A DNA stretch of 64,000 nucleotides from Desulfosudaceae bacterium (lineage in GTDB: Bacteria; Desulfobacterota; Desulfobacteria; Desulfobacterales; Desulfosudaceae). A program made the position numbers and the translations under genes. The stretch lies in NCBI GenBank assembly GCA_963674745.2, contig CAXXDV010000003.1, positions 2,304,001-2,368,000 on the forward strand, written 5' to 3'. The notes beneath the pieces were generated by a model. That model ran no database searches. It was not told the origin of the DNA and worked only from the letters and a program-made list of their open reading frames with translations. Positions 30,476 through 39,803 of this stretch are shown here, piece by piece. Position 1 is the stretch's first letter. The number at the start of each line of letters is the position of its first letter.

Positions 30476-30922
30476 TTAATTTTTCGGACATTCTCCATAA
30501 AAAGCCATTTCGGGATAATTTGATCTCAAAATATTATAGATAATATTACATTCTTCTGAGAAATGTTTTTCGGGATCAACATTAAAGCAAGCGCTCTGAC
30601 TAAATTGGATAAATATTTCTTTTGACTCTTCTTCGCAAACACGTACTATTGATAATCTCGAAAAAGATTCTTTTTGTGCCTCAAACAATACAGGATATGT
30701 CCCCCCATATCCATCAGATATTGTATTATTCCCATCGTTTTGATTATCTTCAGATATGATGTATTTCTCCCGCTCAAGATCCTTGCTGAACGATGCCATA
30801 AATTCGGCGAGCTGATCTGCTGAGAAGATTTTATGGCCCGCAACATGAAAACTATTCATCTGAACGACACACGAACAACCAGCACAATATAATATTGTCA
30901 TTGTAAGTATGAATGGTCTCAT
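30476..30922 (-). CDS. Putative lipoprotein (cassette)
   Basis: LYCAGC lipobox-like; ATG 13 nt after GTT core. Confidence 0.72.
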   Translation of the reverse strand: MRPFILTMTILYCAGCSCVVQMNSFHVAGHKIFSADQLAEFMASFSKDLEREKYIISEDNQNDGNNTISDGYGGTYPVLFEAQKESFSRLSIVRVCEEESKEIFIQFSQSACFNVDPEKHFSEECNIIYNILRSNYPEMAFYGECPKN

Positions 30923-30928
30923 TGTGTT

Positions 30929-31046
30929 TTCTAACGTCTGCCACCACCAGCAAGCAGGGTTTGCAGACTTCGCTAAAGTGAGTTTAACTCTAAATTACGC
31001 CAAAACCAAGGCAGCCCGCCCCTGCGAGTCTGTGTGAGTGGCGTTG
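30929..31046 (-). repeat. attC family A interrupted by IS110; inverse core displaced to ~32663-32669
   Basis: ...gagtggcgtt | IS | gttaactg; matches cassette core GTTAACT at 32974-32980. Confidence 0.88.
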
Positions 31047-31134
31047 ATAATCATTGAGCCTCCCCCTTCAAACAGCATACCATTATGCTGAGAAATTGGA
31101 GTTGGCAAAAACCAAAAACAAAGGAGGAAGCCCA

Positions 31135-32178
31135 ATGAAATTCTATACCAAACAGCACAAGTATTACTGCGGTATCGACCTTCACGCCAGATCACTGTAT
31201 GTCTGTATTCTGGACAGTGACGGTCAGGTTGTTTATCACAAAAAAATCAAATCAAAACCGGATGCACTCGAACGTGCGATCTCCCCCTTCCTGGACGATC
31301 TTGTCATCGCCGTGGAATGTATGTTCTCCTGGTATTGGGTAGCAGATTTCTGCGAAAACCGCAATATTCCGTTTATCCTCGGACATGCCCTTTACATGAA
31401 AGCCATTCATGGCGGCAAGGCCAAAAACGACAGGATCGACTCATACAAAATTGCCAGCCTGATCAGGGGCGGCAATTTCCCGGTGGCCTTTGTATACCCC
31501 GCCGCGATGCGGGCCACCCGGGACCTGCTGCGAAGAAGAATGCATCTGACGCGCAAACGGGGCGAACTCATCGCGCATATCCAAAACACCAACACCCAGT
31601 ACAACCTGCCGGAGATCGGAAAAAACTTAAAGTACAAAGCCAATCGCAAGCTGGTCGAAGATCGATTTGACGATCCCAGCGCCCAGAAAAGCATTGATCT
31701 GGATGTCCAGCTGATCGGCTTTTATGACCAGCAGCTTTCCAGCGTTGAATATCATATCCTCAAACATGCCAAGGGCCACGATTACCACAGCTATATGCTG
31801 TTGAAATCCGTTCCGGGCATCGGCGACATCATCAGCCTGGTCATCTTGTATGAAATCTACGACATCAGCCGGTTCCCGACCGTCCAGGACTTTGCCTCGT
31901 ATGCCCGGCTGGTCAAATGCAGGGCAGAGTCAGCCGGAAAAATCTACGGCACCTCCGGCGCCAAAATCGGCAACGCCCATTTAAAATGGGCCTTTTCTGA
32001 AGCAGCCGTCTTATCCATAAGAGGCAACGAACCGATCAAGGCCTATGTCAATAGATTGACCAAACGGCACAGTAAAGGAAAATCACTTACCATCCTGGCC
32101 CACAAGTTAGGCCGGACAGTGTATTATATGCTCAAACATAAGGAACCGTTTAATATGGAACGGTTTCTTCCGACGTAA
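31135..32178 (+). CDS. IS110-family DEDD transposase/recombinase
   Basis: CGIDLH, VEC, KNDRIDS, SVPGIG, ESAGK, GNAHLKWA; AAGGAGG RBS. Confidence 0.95.
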   Translation: MKFYTKQHKYYCGIDLHARSLYVCILDSDGQVVYHKKIKSKPDALERAISPFLDDLVIAVECMFSWYWVADFCENRNIPFILGHALYMKAIHGGKAKNDRIDSYKIASLIRGGNFPVAFVYPAAMRATRDLLRRRMHLTRKRGELIAHIQNTNTQYNLPEIGKNLKYKANRKLVEDRFDDPSAQKSIDLDVQLIGFYDQQLSSVEYHILKHAKGHDYHSYMLLKSVPGIGDIISLVILYEIYDISRFPTVQDFASYARLVKCRAESAGKIYGTSGAKIGNAHLKWAFSEAAVLSIRGNEPIKAYVNRLTKRHSKGKSLTILAHKLGRTVYYMLKHKEPFNMERFLPT

Positions 32179-32181
32179 AGC

Positions 32182-32640
32182 TTGCCGCCACAGCTTGATG
32201 CCTAACTGGGACCTGTGAAAATGACTTTGACAGTGATATGTGAAATTGAATTTCTGCAGCCCGACTGCTTAAATATCAATAAAGCAACCGGTTGGGATCC
32301 CTTGGCGTTGATTAGAGTGGCGGCATTTAAATAATAAACGGAACAGGAAACGCTGCGCCTTACCCGACCCTGCATTATAACTGGATGGTCACGGCAGTAT
32401 CGTGATCAACCCCGACCTTTGAATAGGGCGGCATGAGGTCACCGAATATATTCTAGGGCGTTTACCACTGTGTTGTTCAACTTGGTAAACCGGCAGCAGA
32501 TACTGCGTAAGAGACCCTCAATATGTGTTTGTAGCAGCTATTTTACTACGCGCTTTGAATTAAAGACAGTGAGTCCGTTCTGTTTAAAAAACGGAAAGGG
32601 GGAGTAAAAACTCAGGCCCTAAAAAATTTTTATTCCCTAT
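32182..32640 (+). ncRNA. Candidate bridge/seek RNA in the IS1111-type non-coding end
   Basis: Two stem-internal-loop units sharing TAACTGG...TTGAnTAG; segments match target and element ends. Confidence 0.55.
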
Positions 32641-32737
32641 TGACTCCGGGCGGCTCATATGTGTTAACTGATTTTGTTTATAAAATTTCTTGTTAGATAA
32701 ATAATATTTAAAAAACAAATTTTTAAATCTTTTGTCA

Positions 32738-32968
32738 TTATAATTTTGGACTAAATTTTAATAACATTTCACGAATATATAGAATGACCATTATGGGCCA
32801 CGCTAAAAAACTTACAATTATAAAAAATATTAAACGTGCAGATAAATGGTAAAGAGCAAATTTGATTGATGCATTGTGGCCTTTAATTGAATTGTTCAGA
32901 TCTATAATTATCCATATTATTAGCCATACAAAACCTACAGCAATATATGCACAAAGAAAATTTTTCAT
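32738..32968 (-). CDS. Small membrane protein (cassette)
   Basis: Two TM segments; ATG 12 nt after core. Confidence 0.65.
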   Translation of the reverse strand: MKNFLCAYIAVGFVWLIIWIIIDLNNSIKGHNASIKFALYHLSARLIFFIIVSFLAWPIMVILYIREMLLKFSPKL

Positions 32969-32973
32969 ATTAC

Positions 32974-33096
32974 AGTTAACGTCCACCGTCACTTGGGAGC
33001 AGGGAAAGGTGACTTTTGCAAAGCCACGTTAACACAGAACCACGATACTATAAAAGCAGCCCGCCCCTGCGAGTCAAGTGCATGGTGTGGTTATAT
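32974..33096 (-). repeat. attC (family A variant)
   Basis: ATATAAC...GTTAACT, 123 bp. Confidence 0.88.
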
Positions 33097-33447
33097 GGCA
33101 ATTACATTCATTATTGCCTCTTTATCTTTAGTTTTCAGAACTTCAACAAGTTTTTTAACACGATTGATGGACTTATCAAAAACTGGAGATGTATTCTCAA
33201 ACGGCAATAATAGTTCAAGACTTGTTTCGGCTTGCTTCAATGCTTCATTAAAATTTTCTAAGCGAGCGTATGTACAGGCAATACACTCTATTAATATCGG
33301 GGTTCCACCTTCATTTTCCGCAAATTTCAGCGCAAGATTATAATGCTTTAGTGCGTCCTCGAAATTACCTTTGCGAATATTTTTGTGGCCTTTGCCCTCA
33401 TGCCATCCCGACATCATTGAATGATATATTTCTTTTACCGGATTCAT
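33091..33447 (-). CDS. TPR-like protein (cassette)
   Basis: GNFEDALKHYNLALK, YARLENFNEALKQAE. Confidence 0.72.
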   Translation of the reverse strand: MNPVKEIYHSMMSGWHEGKGHKNIRKGNFEDALKHYNLALKFAENEGGTPILIECIACTYARLENFNEALKQAETSLELLLPFENTSPVFDKSINRVKKLVEVLKTKDKEAIMNVIAI

Positions 33448-33461
33448 TCGTATACTAAGCC

Positions 33462-33586
33462 ATATAACGTCCACGGTGTGGGGGCGCAAGGGGAACGGAC
33501 CACCCGCAAAATCTCGTTAATAAAATAATGTGGCAAGAGCCAAAGCCGGACGCCCCTTGCGGTCCCTTACCAACGTGTTGTTATGA
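33462..33586 (-). repeat. attC (125 bp, outlier sequence)
   Basis: TCATAAC...GTTATAT with GCAAGGGG/CCCCTTGC arms. Confidence 0.82.
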
Positions 33587-33892
33587 CTTTTTATAATATA
33601 TGTAGCATTCATCACATAAGAGGCGAATGCGTCCTTTATTGAACCAGTAAGTATCGCCTTCCTTTATTTTGTAATTGCATACAGAACAATGCTCATGGTC
33701 CCACATATCATCAATTAAATCATATTTTTCTTGGTCGAATTGTCCCCCATAATAGGGTAAAAAGTTACGATGACCATTTACAGGCTTTTTGCATACAAGT
33801 GCCGGATATGGGATAAAGACGGTTTTGGCAAAATCCTTATCGATTATTTCTTCCCATGTTTGCTTATAATATTCGTCATTGCGATTGATCAT
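33581..33892 (-). CDS. Putative Zn-binding hypothetical protein (cassette)
   Basis: WDHEHCSVC...LCDEC. Confidence 0.72.
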   Translation of the reverse strand: MINRNDEYYKQTWEEIIDKDFAKTVFIPYPALVCKKPVNGHRNFLPYYGGQFDQEKYDLIDDMWDHEHCSVCNYKIKEGDTYWFNKGRIRLLCDECYIYYKKS

Positions 33893-33923
33893 GGGTTGTC
33901 CGGGCTATTATTTATATTCATAG

Positions 33924-34050
33924 TCATAACGTCTGAAGCCAATGGCAGCAAGGGCTTCCACTAACTTGGTTAAAGATTTAGGTTGTTCAGTTCCCCCGAA
34001 ATTTCAAAACCCGAGTGCCCTTGCTGTCCACTTGAGCTTCTTGGTTAAAC
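33924..34050 (-). repeat. attC family C
   Basis: GTTTAAC...GTTATGA, 127 bp. Confidence 0.9.
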
Positions 34051-34059
34051 CAAAAAACA

Positions 34060-34549
34060 TTAGTTTGGAACTTCCATTTCTTTTTTTATTCGATTGATTT
34101 CATCAAGATGACATGATTCCAATTCATTTTTATTTTTTTCCAACAGCGCAAGGAGTCTGTTCCCTTCTTCTTTTATTTTTATTTTTTTCCAACAGCGCAA
34201 GGAGTCTGTTCCCTTCTTCGGTGTCCCCCTTATTCAATTCTGCGCATATTAGTCCCAATAGGATATCAGGGTTTTGCATTTTTGTGTATGCTTCCCGATA
34301 ATACAATACAGACTTTTCATAGTCCCCTATCATAATATAGCAATAGCCAAGAGCAGCTTTAATAAGTGGGCTTGTCGATTCATTTAAAGCTTTTTTGTAA
34401 TTGCCGATCGCAAAACTAAACCAGTGAAGTTCAGTAAAACAGTTCGCTCGCGCAATATACAAATGTTCTTGGTCAAGCCCTACAAGTAAGTAAGCCAAAT
34501 GGAGATAGATTAATTTAACAATTGTCCATATTTTGCTGGCTATGCTCAT
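34060..34549 (-). pseudogene. TPR protein cassette frameshifted by a tandem duplication (current ORF ends at 34130)
   Basis: 45-bp duplication 34126-34170 / 34175-34219; removing one 49-nt period restores an ORF ending ...IKKEMEVPN* at 34060. Confidence 0.7.
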
Positions 34550-34559
34550 AGTTATATAG

Positions 34560-34686
34560 GTTTAACGTCTCAAGCCAATGGCGGCCAGGGCTTCCACTGA
34601 CTTGGTTAATAAGTATGGTTGTTCAGTCCCCCCGAAATTTCAAAACCCGAGTGCCCTGGCTGTCCACTTGAGCTTGATTGTTATCG
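34560..34686 (-). repeat. attC family C
   Basis: CGATAAC...GTTAAAC, 127 bp. Confidence 0.9.
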
Positions 34687-34692
34687 AAATAA

Positions 34693-35019
34693 TCATTTTG
34701 GGCTTGGGTTTCTATATACAAATTTCATTTGTTCAATAGAATTTGAATTTTTGAATAGAAACCATACTCTATTTTTTGTCCAGATAGTCACGTGCCCAGA
34801 ATCATCTATATCCATCGCCTCAAACGTATCATTATCCGATGTAATGATGCTTTTCGAAAAAATTGTACCTCTTTCAGAAGAAGGAGAATAGTCTTCTGGG
34901 TAATCCCCATCTTCATTTGATTTTTGAGCTTGTGCCGTATTTAATCGATCTTGTCTTGATTTAACTTTTTCGGGATTTGTTGGATATATGACAAAATCTT
35001 GCCATTCTTCGTAAATCAT
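34693..35019 (-). CDS. Hypothetical protein (cassette)
   Basis: ORF fills the cassette downstream of the intron 3' end. Confidence 0.7.
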   Translation of the reverse strand: MIYEEWQDFVIYPTNPEKVKSRQDRLNTAQAQKSNEDGDYPEDYSPSSERGTIFSKSIITSDNDTFEAMDIDDSGHVTIWTKNRVWFLFKNSNSIEQMKFVYRNPSPK

Positions 35020-35030
35020 ATTTTTCTCGA

Positions 35031-37033
35031 GTCGTGGTAGGAATGCCGGTTACCCGGCACCCCCCACACAGTCCCGGACGTGCGGTTTTCCCGCATCCGG
35101 TTCCTCGGTTATACTCGCTTCCGTGTCGGCTTAGCTCAACGCGCACGTGCGAAAACGTTTCTTTTCCGTCAGCTTCGGTTTCGGTATTTTTACGTATTCT
35201 AAGACCTGCTTAAATCGTTCCCAATTATAGCTTTTACGCTGGCTTCTGCGATTCAGCCATTTAAATGCCGAGCTGATCACATCTCTGTAAAACGACCATA
35301 CCGCACGGGCATTCCCCCGTACATAAAAATAATTGTAATGGCCGGTCAGCTTACGTTTCAGCCCATCAAAGATTTGTCTTTTCGGCAGATGCCGGGACTT
35401 CTTCAACCAATCTCTCATACGCGCCAAGGCTTCACGTTGCTTGGCCGGAGCCGTGCGACGCTGTGCCCGGGCAACACCTTTGCGGTCTTTTGACCAGTAA
35501 AATTCGAACCCCAGAAACGTGAACGTCCTGTCACGCTCCCGGCCGGGTTGGAATCGGCTGAACCGGATGACCTTTGTCTTGCTCGGCTCCACCTCAAGAC
35601 CATAGCAGCCGAGGCGTTTCGAAAGAACATCATAGAACCGGTCCGCATCTTCCCGATATTGAAAGGCGCATACCCAGTCATCCGCATATCTGCACATGAT
35701 GGCACGGCCTGCCAGCCTCGGTTTGACTACCTCCTGGAACCATTTATCCAGCACCTCATGCAGATAAATGTTCGACAGGACGGGAGATACGAGTCCTCCC
35801 TGGGGCGTCCCGGTAACCGGATGCTCGACCTGTCCGTCCGGATGCAGGATGCCCGCTTTCAGCCATTTTCTGATCAACCGCAAGAACGCCCGATCATTGA
35901 TCCGTTTCTCCAGTATGGCCATCAGCTTATCATGGTTAATGGTATCAAAATAACTTTTGATATCCGCTTCCACAACATAGCCGAATACGCCGAACTGAAA
36001 CTGAAACGTCAGGTCGCCGATCGCGTCCTTGGCCCCTTTATCCGGTCGGTATCCGTACGAACAATCCAGAAAATCCGGTTCGTATATCTCCGTCAGGATC
36101 ATGGCCACCGCCTTCTGGACAAGTTTGTCCTCCAAGGCGGGGATGCCCAGGGGCCGTTTCTTACCGTTACGCTTTGGAATAAAACGTCTTTTGACCAATC
36201 TCGCCCGGTATCTCTTCTGCCGGAGCTGTTCCGCCAGCCCTTCCAGGTTGGCGATCAGGTCCTGACTGTATGTCTTGACGGTGATGTCGTCATCGGCTAT
36301 GGCCGAACTTTTATTCAAGCCCTTCCACGCCAGATGAAGCAGTTCCGTATTAAGCAGACCATAAAGATCCCGAAAGCGATGCTGCGTGTTGAACCGAGCC
36401 GTTTTGGCTATCCCCCGCAGTGAGGTTTGCACACGTTTATCCGATCCTGCTGTGTCCGGCATGTGTTTCCTTTGCGGGCTACGTACTTCCGTCAAGTCCT
36501 TCCCCATGTACGTGGCTTTCCCACGCTCAGAGTACTATGCTCGATACGACTCCCACCCAACCAGGGTTCCTCCACTTTCGCTTTGGTTCCCCTTCCTGCC
36601 CTGCGGCTACTTAGGCTCGGCTGATATCTGTATCCGGGTTTCCCTTTCGTGTCTAAGTGTCAGCCGGACCATATTGCCGCGCAGGAGTCGGATGGGCCTC
36701 CCAAGTTCTTGTGTGCGTCTCTTCGTACATGCCACGGCTTGATAACTCCGCCGGCCCTCCACACCCTCACCATAACGGATGCTTTTGTGTTGCCTTCGAG
36801 TACGTTACAACTCTCGGCGACCGGAACCAAGCTTCCTTTCGAAGCGATACCAGCACTTCAGGGAGCACGGACTCCCCTACGGCCTGTACGATTCTCTGTG
36901 TACGCTTCGTGTGGGTCGTTCGACGGTATGCCTATCCTTCCCAATCACGCAACACTCGATACGGGTGGCTGGTTAGGCCTCACCCGACGGGGACTTGCAC
37001 CCCGCAAGACGCACCAAGCTTCGCTTGGCGCGC
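35031..37033 (-). mobile_element. Group II intron (2003 nt) inserted in attC core after GTTA
   Basis: 5' GCGCG; domain V GAACCGGATGCGGGAAAACCGCACGTCCGG; domain VI ending CTACCACGAC; joined exons give GTTA|TCG matching inverse core CGATAAC. Confidence 0.93.
35131..36432 (-). CDS. ltrA: Group II intron reverse transcriptase/maturase, no endonuclease domain (start GTG 36432 or up to 36507)
   Basis: RPLGIP, SYGYRP, GTPQGG, RYADD, FTFLGF, GHYNYF. Confidence 0.95.
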   Translation of the reverse strand: MQTSLRGIAKTARFNTQHRFRDLYGLLNTELLHLAWKGLNKSSAIADDDITVKTYSQDLIANLEGLAEQLRQKRYRARLVKRRFIPKRNGKKRPLGIPALEDKLVQKAVAMILTEIYEPDFLDCSYGYRPDKGAKDAIGDLTFQFQFGVFGYVVEADIKSYFDTINHDKLMAILEKRINDRAFLRLIRKWLKAGILHPDGQVEHPVTGTPQGGLVSPVLSNIYLHEVLDKWFQEVVKPRLAGRAIMCRYADDWVCAFQYREDADRFYDVLSKRLGCYGLEVEPSKTKVIRFSRFQPGRERDRTFTFLGFEFYWSKDRKGVARAQRRTAPAKQREALARMRDWLKKSRHLPKRQIFDGLKRKLTGHYNYFYVRGNARAVWSFYRDVISSAFKWLNRRSQRKSYNWERFKQVLEYVKIPKPKLTEKKRFRTCALS

Positions 37034-37157
37034 TAACGTCTGAAGCCAATGGCAGCCAGGGCTTCCACCGACTTGGTTAAAGATTTTGGTTATTCAACTC
37101 CCACTATTTTTCAAAACCCGAGTGCCCTGGCTGTCCACTTGAGCTTCTTGGTTAGTT
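37031..37157 (-). repeat. attC family C (core interrupted by intron)
   Basis: AACTAAC...GTTA|. Confidence 0.9.
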
Positions 37158-37537
37158 TTCTTCTTCTCTCTGATGTTAAGAATTGTCTTATACAAATCCT
37201 CCATATCCTGACCAGCCCATGGATACATCCGATAATATTTTGATCTGGGCAATATGCTGTTGGCTATGTCGAAGCAATTACAAGTATCGATGTCAATTTG
37301 GAAATTCATTATGACCATTGATTTGGTTTTATTATCATAAATCTTGAGATCTTCCCATGAACGGGGCCATTCATTGTTTCTCTTCACATAGAATGTTGTT
37401 TGTTTTATAACATCGGCAGTTTTATATTCTGGCCCGGTGTTAGCAATGAGTGCAGTGAAACGCCCCAAAAAATAGGCAACCAAGATTGATAGAATGAATA
37501 AAGCCGCTATTAAAAATTTCTTCTTCTTACCAGTCAT
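37094..37537 (-). CDS. Membrane-anchored hypothetical protein (cassette); reads ~60 nt into its attC
   Basis: N-terminal TM; stop at 37094 inside the attC loop. Confidence 0.7.
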   Translation of the reverse strand: MTGKKKKFLIAALFILSILVAYFLGRFTALIANTGPEYKTADVIKQTTFYVKRNNEWPRSWEDLKIYDNKTKSMVIMNFQIDIDTCNCFDIANSILPRSKYYRMYPWAGQDMEDLYKTILNIREKKKTNQEAQVDSQGTRVLKNSGS

Positions 37538-37603
37538 TTCACACTTCTCGTAGGTATATGAAGCTATTCATTCGGGTTGCTGCTTCTCATGTGTAGTAAT
37601 GAA

Positions 37604-37731
37604 AACTAACGGCTGCAGCCAAAGGGCGCCAGGGTTTCCTCTGACTGTCTTATAGGTGGTTTATGTTCAGTTCCCCCTGAGTGTTCAAAAGCCGAGTGCC
37701 CTGGCGATCCTCTTGCGCTGCTTGGTTCGGC
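37604..37731 (-). repeat. attC family B
   Basis: GCCGAAC...GTTAGTT, 128 bp. Confidence 0.9.
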
Positions 37732-38214
37732 TTACTCTATATTTTTCTGTAGATGATTTAGAATTTTTTCGCCTCTTTCTACTATAACATCAATATCTTC
37801 ATTAACCCACATCAAGTAAATAACTCTAATGTAATTAAAATCCTCGATACAATCTTCTTGGGGGAACATTGTTATTGTAAAATGTCCATTTTCAACCCGC
37901 CAAGCCCAAAATTTATCTCCTACAATATATTCGGTATCGGGATACTTTGTATTTATGATCTTCCTCATTTCATCAAGTTTGATTTTATTGTCTGGGAAAA
38001 GCATGGATATTGCTTTGCATAAATTGTTCTCAATATCTAATTGAATGTTGCTGGGATAAAGAAGAGTATTTTTATTATTTTCTCCCACTGAGAATAATTG
38101 AAGAGGCGTGTTTACGTCTTTCCCAAGTATACTTGTATTTACGTCAACTATCTCAGTCGCATTTGCATCATTAAGCACTAAAATGAGAATGATTAAAAAA
38201 AATATCTTTTTCAT
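37732..38214 (-). CDS. Secreted hypothetical protein (cassette)
   Basis: Signal peptide MKKIFFLIILILVLNDANA. Confidence 0.72.
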   Translation of the reverse strand: MKKIFFLIILILVLNDANATEIVDVNTSILGKDVNTPLQLFSVGENNKNTLLYPSNIQLDIENNLCKAISMLFPDNKIKLDEMRKIINTKYPDTEYIVGDKFWAWRVENGHFTITMFPQEDCIEDFNYIRVIYLMWVNEDIDVIVERGEKILNHLQKNIE

Positions 38215-38234
38215 TTTGATATTTCCAATCAGAA

Positions 38235-38329
38235 GCCGAACGTCTGAGGTTAGCTGCAAACTGGAGAGAAAAAAAATAAATTGGCCTCGGTCGGCCAGCC
38301 AGTTTGTCAGCTACAACTCATTGTTCAAG
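38235..38329 (-). repeat. attC (95 bp, outlier)
   Basis: CTTGAAC...TAGCTGACAAACTGG/CCAGTTTGCAGCTA...GTTCGGC. Confidence 0.82.
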
Positions 38330-38665
38330 TCGGCCCTTCTATATTAATGGTGAAAAGTACCGACTGTCCGTTTAAAATATTTTTTTATCCCCTGGACATG
38401 ACCCTTTTTAGAATCATTATTACCTTCGGCCACCAGGAATTGGTTCATCAATTTCCCTTTTTCAGACTTCAAAATCATTTTTTCAGCCTTTTCCCAGAAT
38501 CGGATCTGGTTCTTAATGCCGATGAATATCGCACAAATAAAACAAAAATGTACCAGCTGATCCGAGCTTATGAAGACTGAAGCGTAAGCCCCTTTTTATA
38601 ATTGTGCTCGCCCCTAAATTATAACTTAATGCCCAAAATTGTCGCATAAAACCTGCGGCAGCTTA
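38330..38665. other. Cassette body without a convincing ORF
   Basis: Core GTTCAAG matches inverse core; only ~44 and ~49 codon ORFs on the cassette strand. Confidence 0.65.
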
Positions 38666-38791
38666 CTTGAACGTCGGCAGCCAGAGGGAGCCAGGGATTC
38701 CACTGACTGTCTTAATGTTGGTTAATGTTCAATTCCCCCGGTTACTCAACAAAGCCTGCCCTGGCGATCCTGCTGCGATGCCTTGTTATGA
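38666..38791 (-). repeat. attC (family B variant)
   Basis: TCATAAC...GTTCAAG, 126 bp. Confidence 0.88.
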
Positions 38792-38793
38792 AT

Positions 38794-39084
38794 CTATTGA
38801 ATTATTACAGTTGCTACAAGTGCCATTCCGCAAAGAGGAACCATTATAATTGCAGGCCATTTAGGTTTTCTCCTATATGCATAAACTGCAAAAATAAGAG
38901 ATGCAATTCCGAACAAACGATAATATTCCAATTTTCCCAATAATCTCGTACAGCCCCGAAGATCTAAGGCATTGTGTATGTCCGAATATAGGTTGAATAA
39001 ATAAAGACAATTGGCAGCACAAACGATACTTAGTATCACAAGTGGCCAAGATGATTTTTTATTATCTCTTGAATCGTGATCCAT
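38794..39084 (-). CDS. Small membrane protein (cassette)
   Basis: Three hydrophobic segments. Confidence 0.7.
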   Translation of the reverse strand: MDHDSRDNKKSSWPLVILSIVCAANCLYLFNLYSDIHNALDLRGCTRLLGKLEYYRLFGIASLIFAVYAYRRKPKWPAIIMVPLCGMALVATVIIQ

Positions 39085-39104
39085 TAATTTTCATATCATA
39101 AGAT

Positions 39105-39228
39105 TCATAACGTCCGCCACCACCGGCGAGCAGGGTTTGCGGACTTCGCTAAAGTAAGTTTAACACCAAACTACGCTAAAACCAAAGCAGCACGCCCCTG
39201 CGAGTCAGCGTGGGTGGTGTTGTTATAT
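39105..39228 (-). repeat. attC family A
   Basis: ATATAAC...GTTATGA, 124 bp. Confidence 0.9.
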
Positions 39229-39663
39229 TTAAAAAAAATCTAATTGCGATATTACAGCCGCCAAAATAATTGCAATAATAATTGCGCCTAATGCAAGTGC
39301 CAAAAACTGGAAGGCTATTGCCCCGCCTCCAAGAACTGCGGCCCCTCCGGCAACTCTGAGAGATTCGTTTTTAATAAAAGCCACAACTGCAATGATAATC
39401 GCTATGCCACCCAAGAGCGCTGTGATCACATCAATTATTTTGTCTGCATCCCATTTCGACGACCATTTTTCTTCTTTTACTTCTTTACCTTTAAGGGCAG
39501 CAACTGTCGCATCTCTTATGGCAACTGCTTTTTCAGCAATGGTTTGCTCTAACTTTGGCTGTGGTGCGAAAGGTCCTGCGTAAAAATGGAATAACGCCAA
39601 CAGCAAAGCAATTGACCCGATAATAACACCGATAATTCCGATCTTTGATTTCTCTTCGTCCAT
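39229..39663 (-). CDS. YidI-like inner membrane protein (cassette)
   Basis: GSIALLLALFHFYAGPFAPQP-LEQTIAEKA and KNESLR...VLGGGAIAF resemble E. coli YidI as recalled, not searched. Confidence 0.7.
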   Translation of the reverse strand: MDEEKSKIGIIGVIIGSIALLLALFHFYAGPFAPQPKLEQTIAEKAVAIRDATVAALKGKEVKEEKWSSKWDADKIIDVITALLGGIAIIIAVVAFIKNESLRVAGGAAVLGGGAIAFQFLALALGAIIIAIILAAVISQLDFF

Positions 39664-39676
39664 TGTTGTCCCTAAA

Positions 39677-39803
39677 ATATAACGTCTTCAGCCAAAGGGC
39701 GCCAGGGCTTACTCCGACTGACTTAAAGATGGTTAAAGTTCAATCGCCAAGGTTTTTCAAAACCCGAGTGCCCTGGCGATCCTCTTGCGCTGAATGGTTA
39801 TAA
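39677..39803 (-). repeat. attC family B
   Basis: TTATAAC...GTTATAT, 127 bp. Confidence 0.9.

Larger units (their letters stand above)
31047..32663 (+). mobile_element. IS110 superfamily, IS1111-type element inserted in attC (ends +/-2 nt)
   Basis: Subterminal IRs TGAGCCTCCC / GGGCGGCTCA; short left end, ~480 bp non-coding right end; no target duplication. Confidence 0.9.

Noticed and set aside
33960..34020. Sigma70 promoters inside attC loops (TTGAAA on the - strand)
   Set aside because: Spacing to any -10-like hexamer is 19-20 nt and inconsistent between copies.
35131..36507. Retron, DGR or defence reverse transcriptase
   Set aside because: Domain V/VI, a maturase region and precise exon rejoining identify a group II intron.
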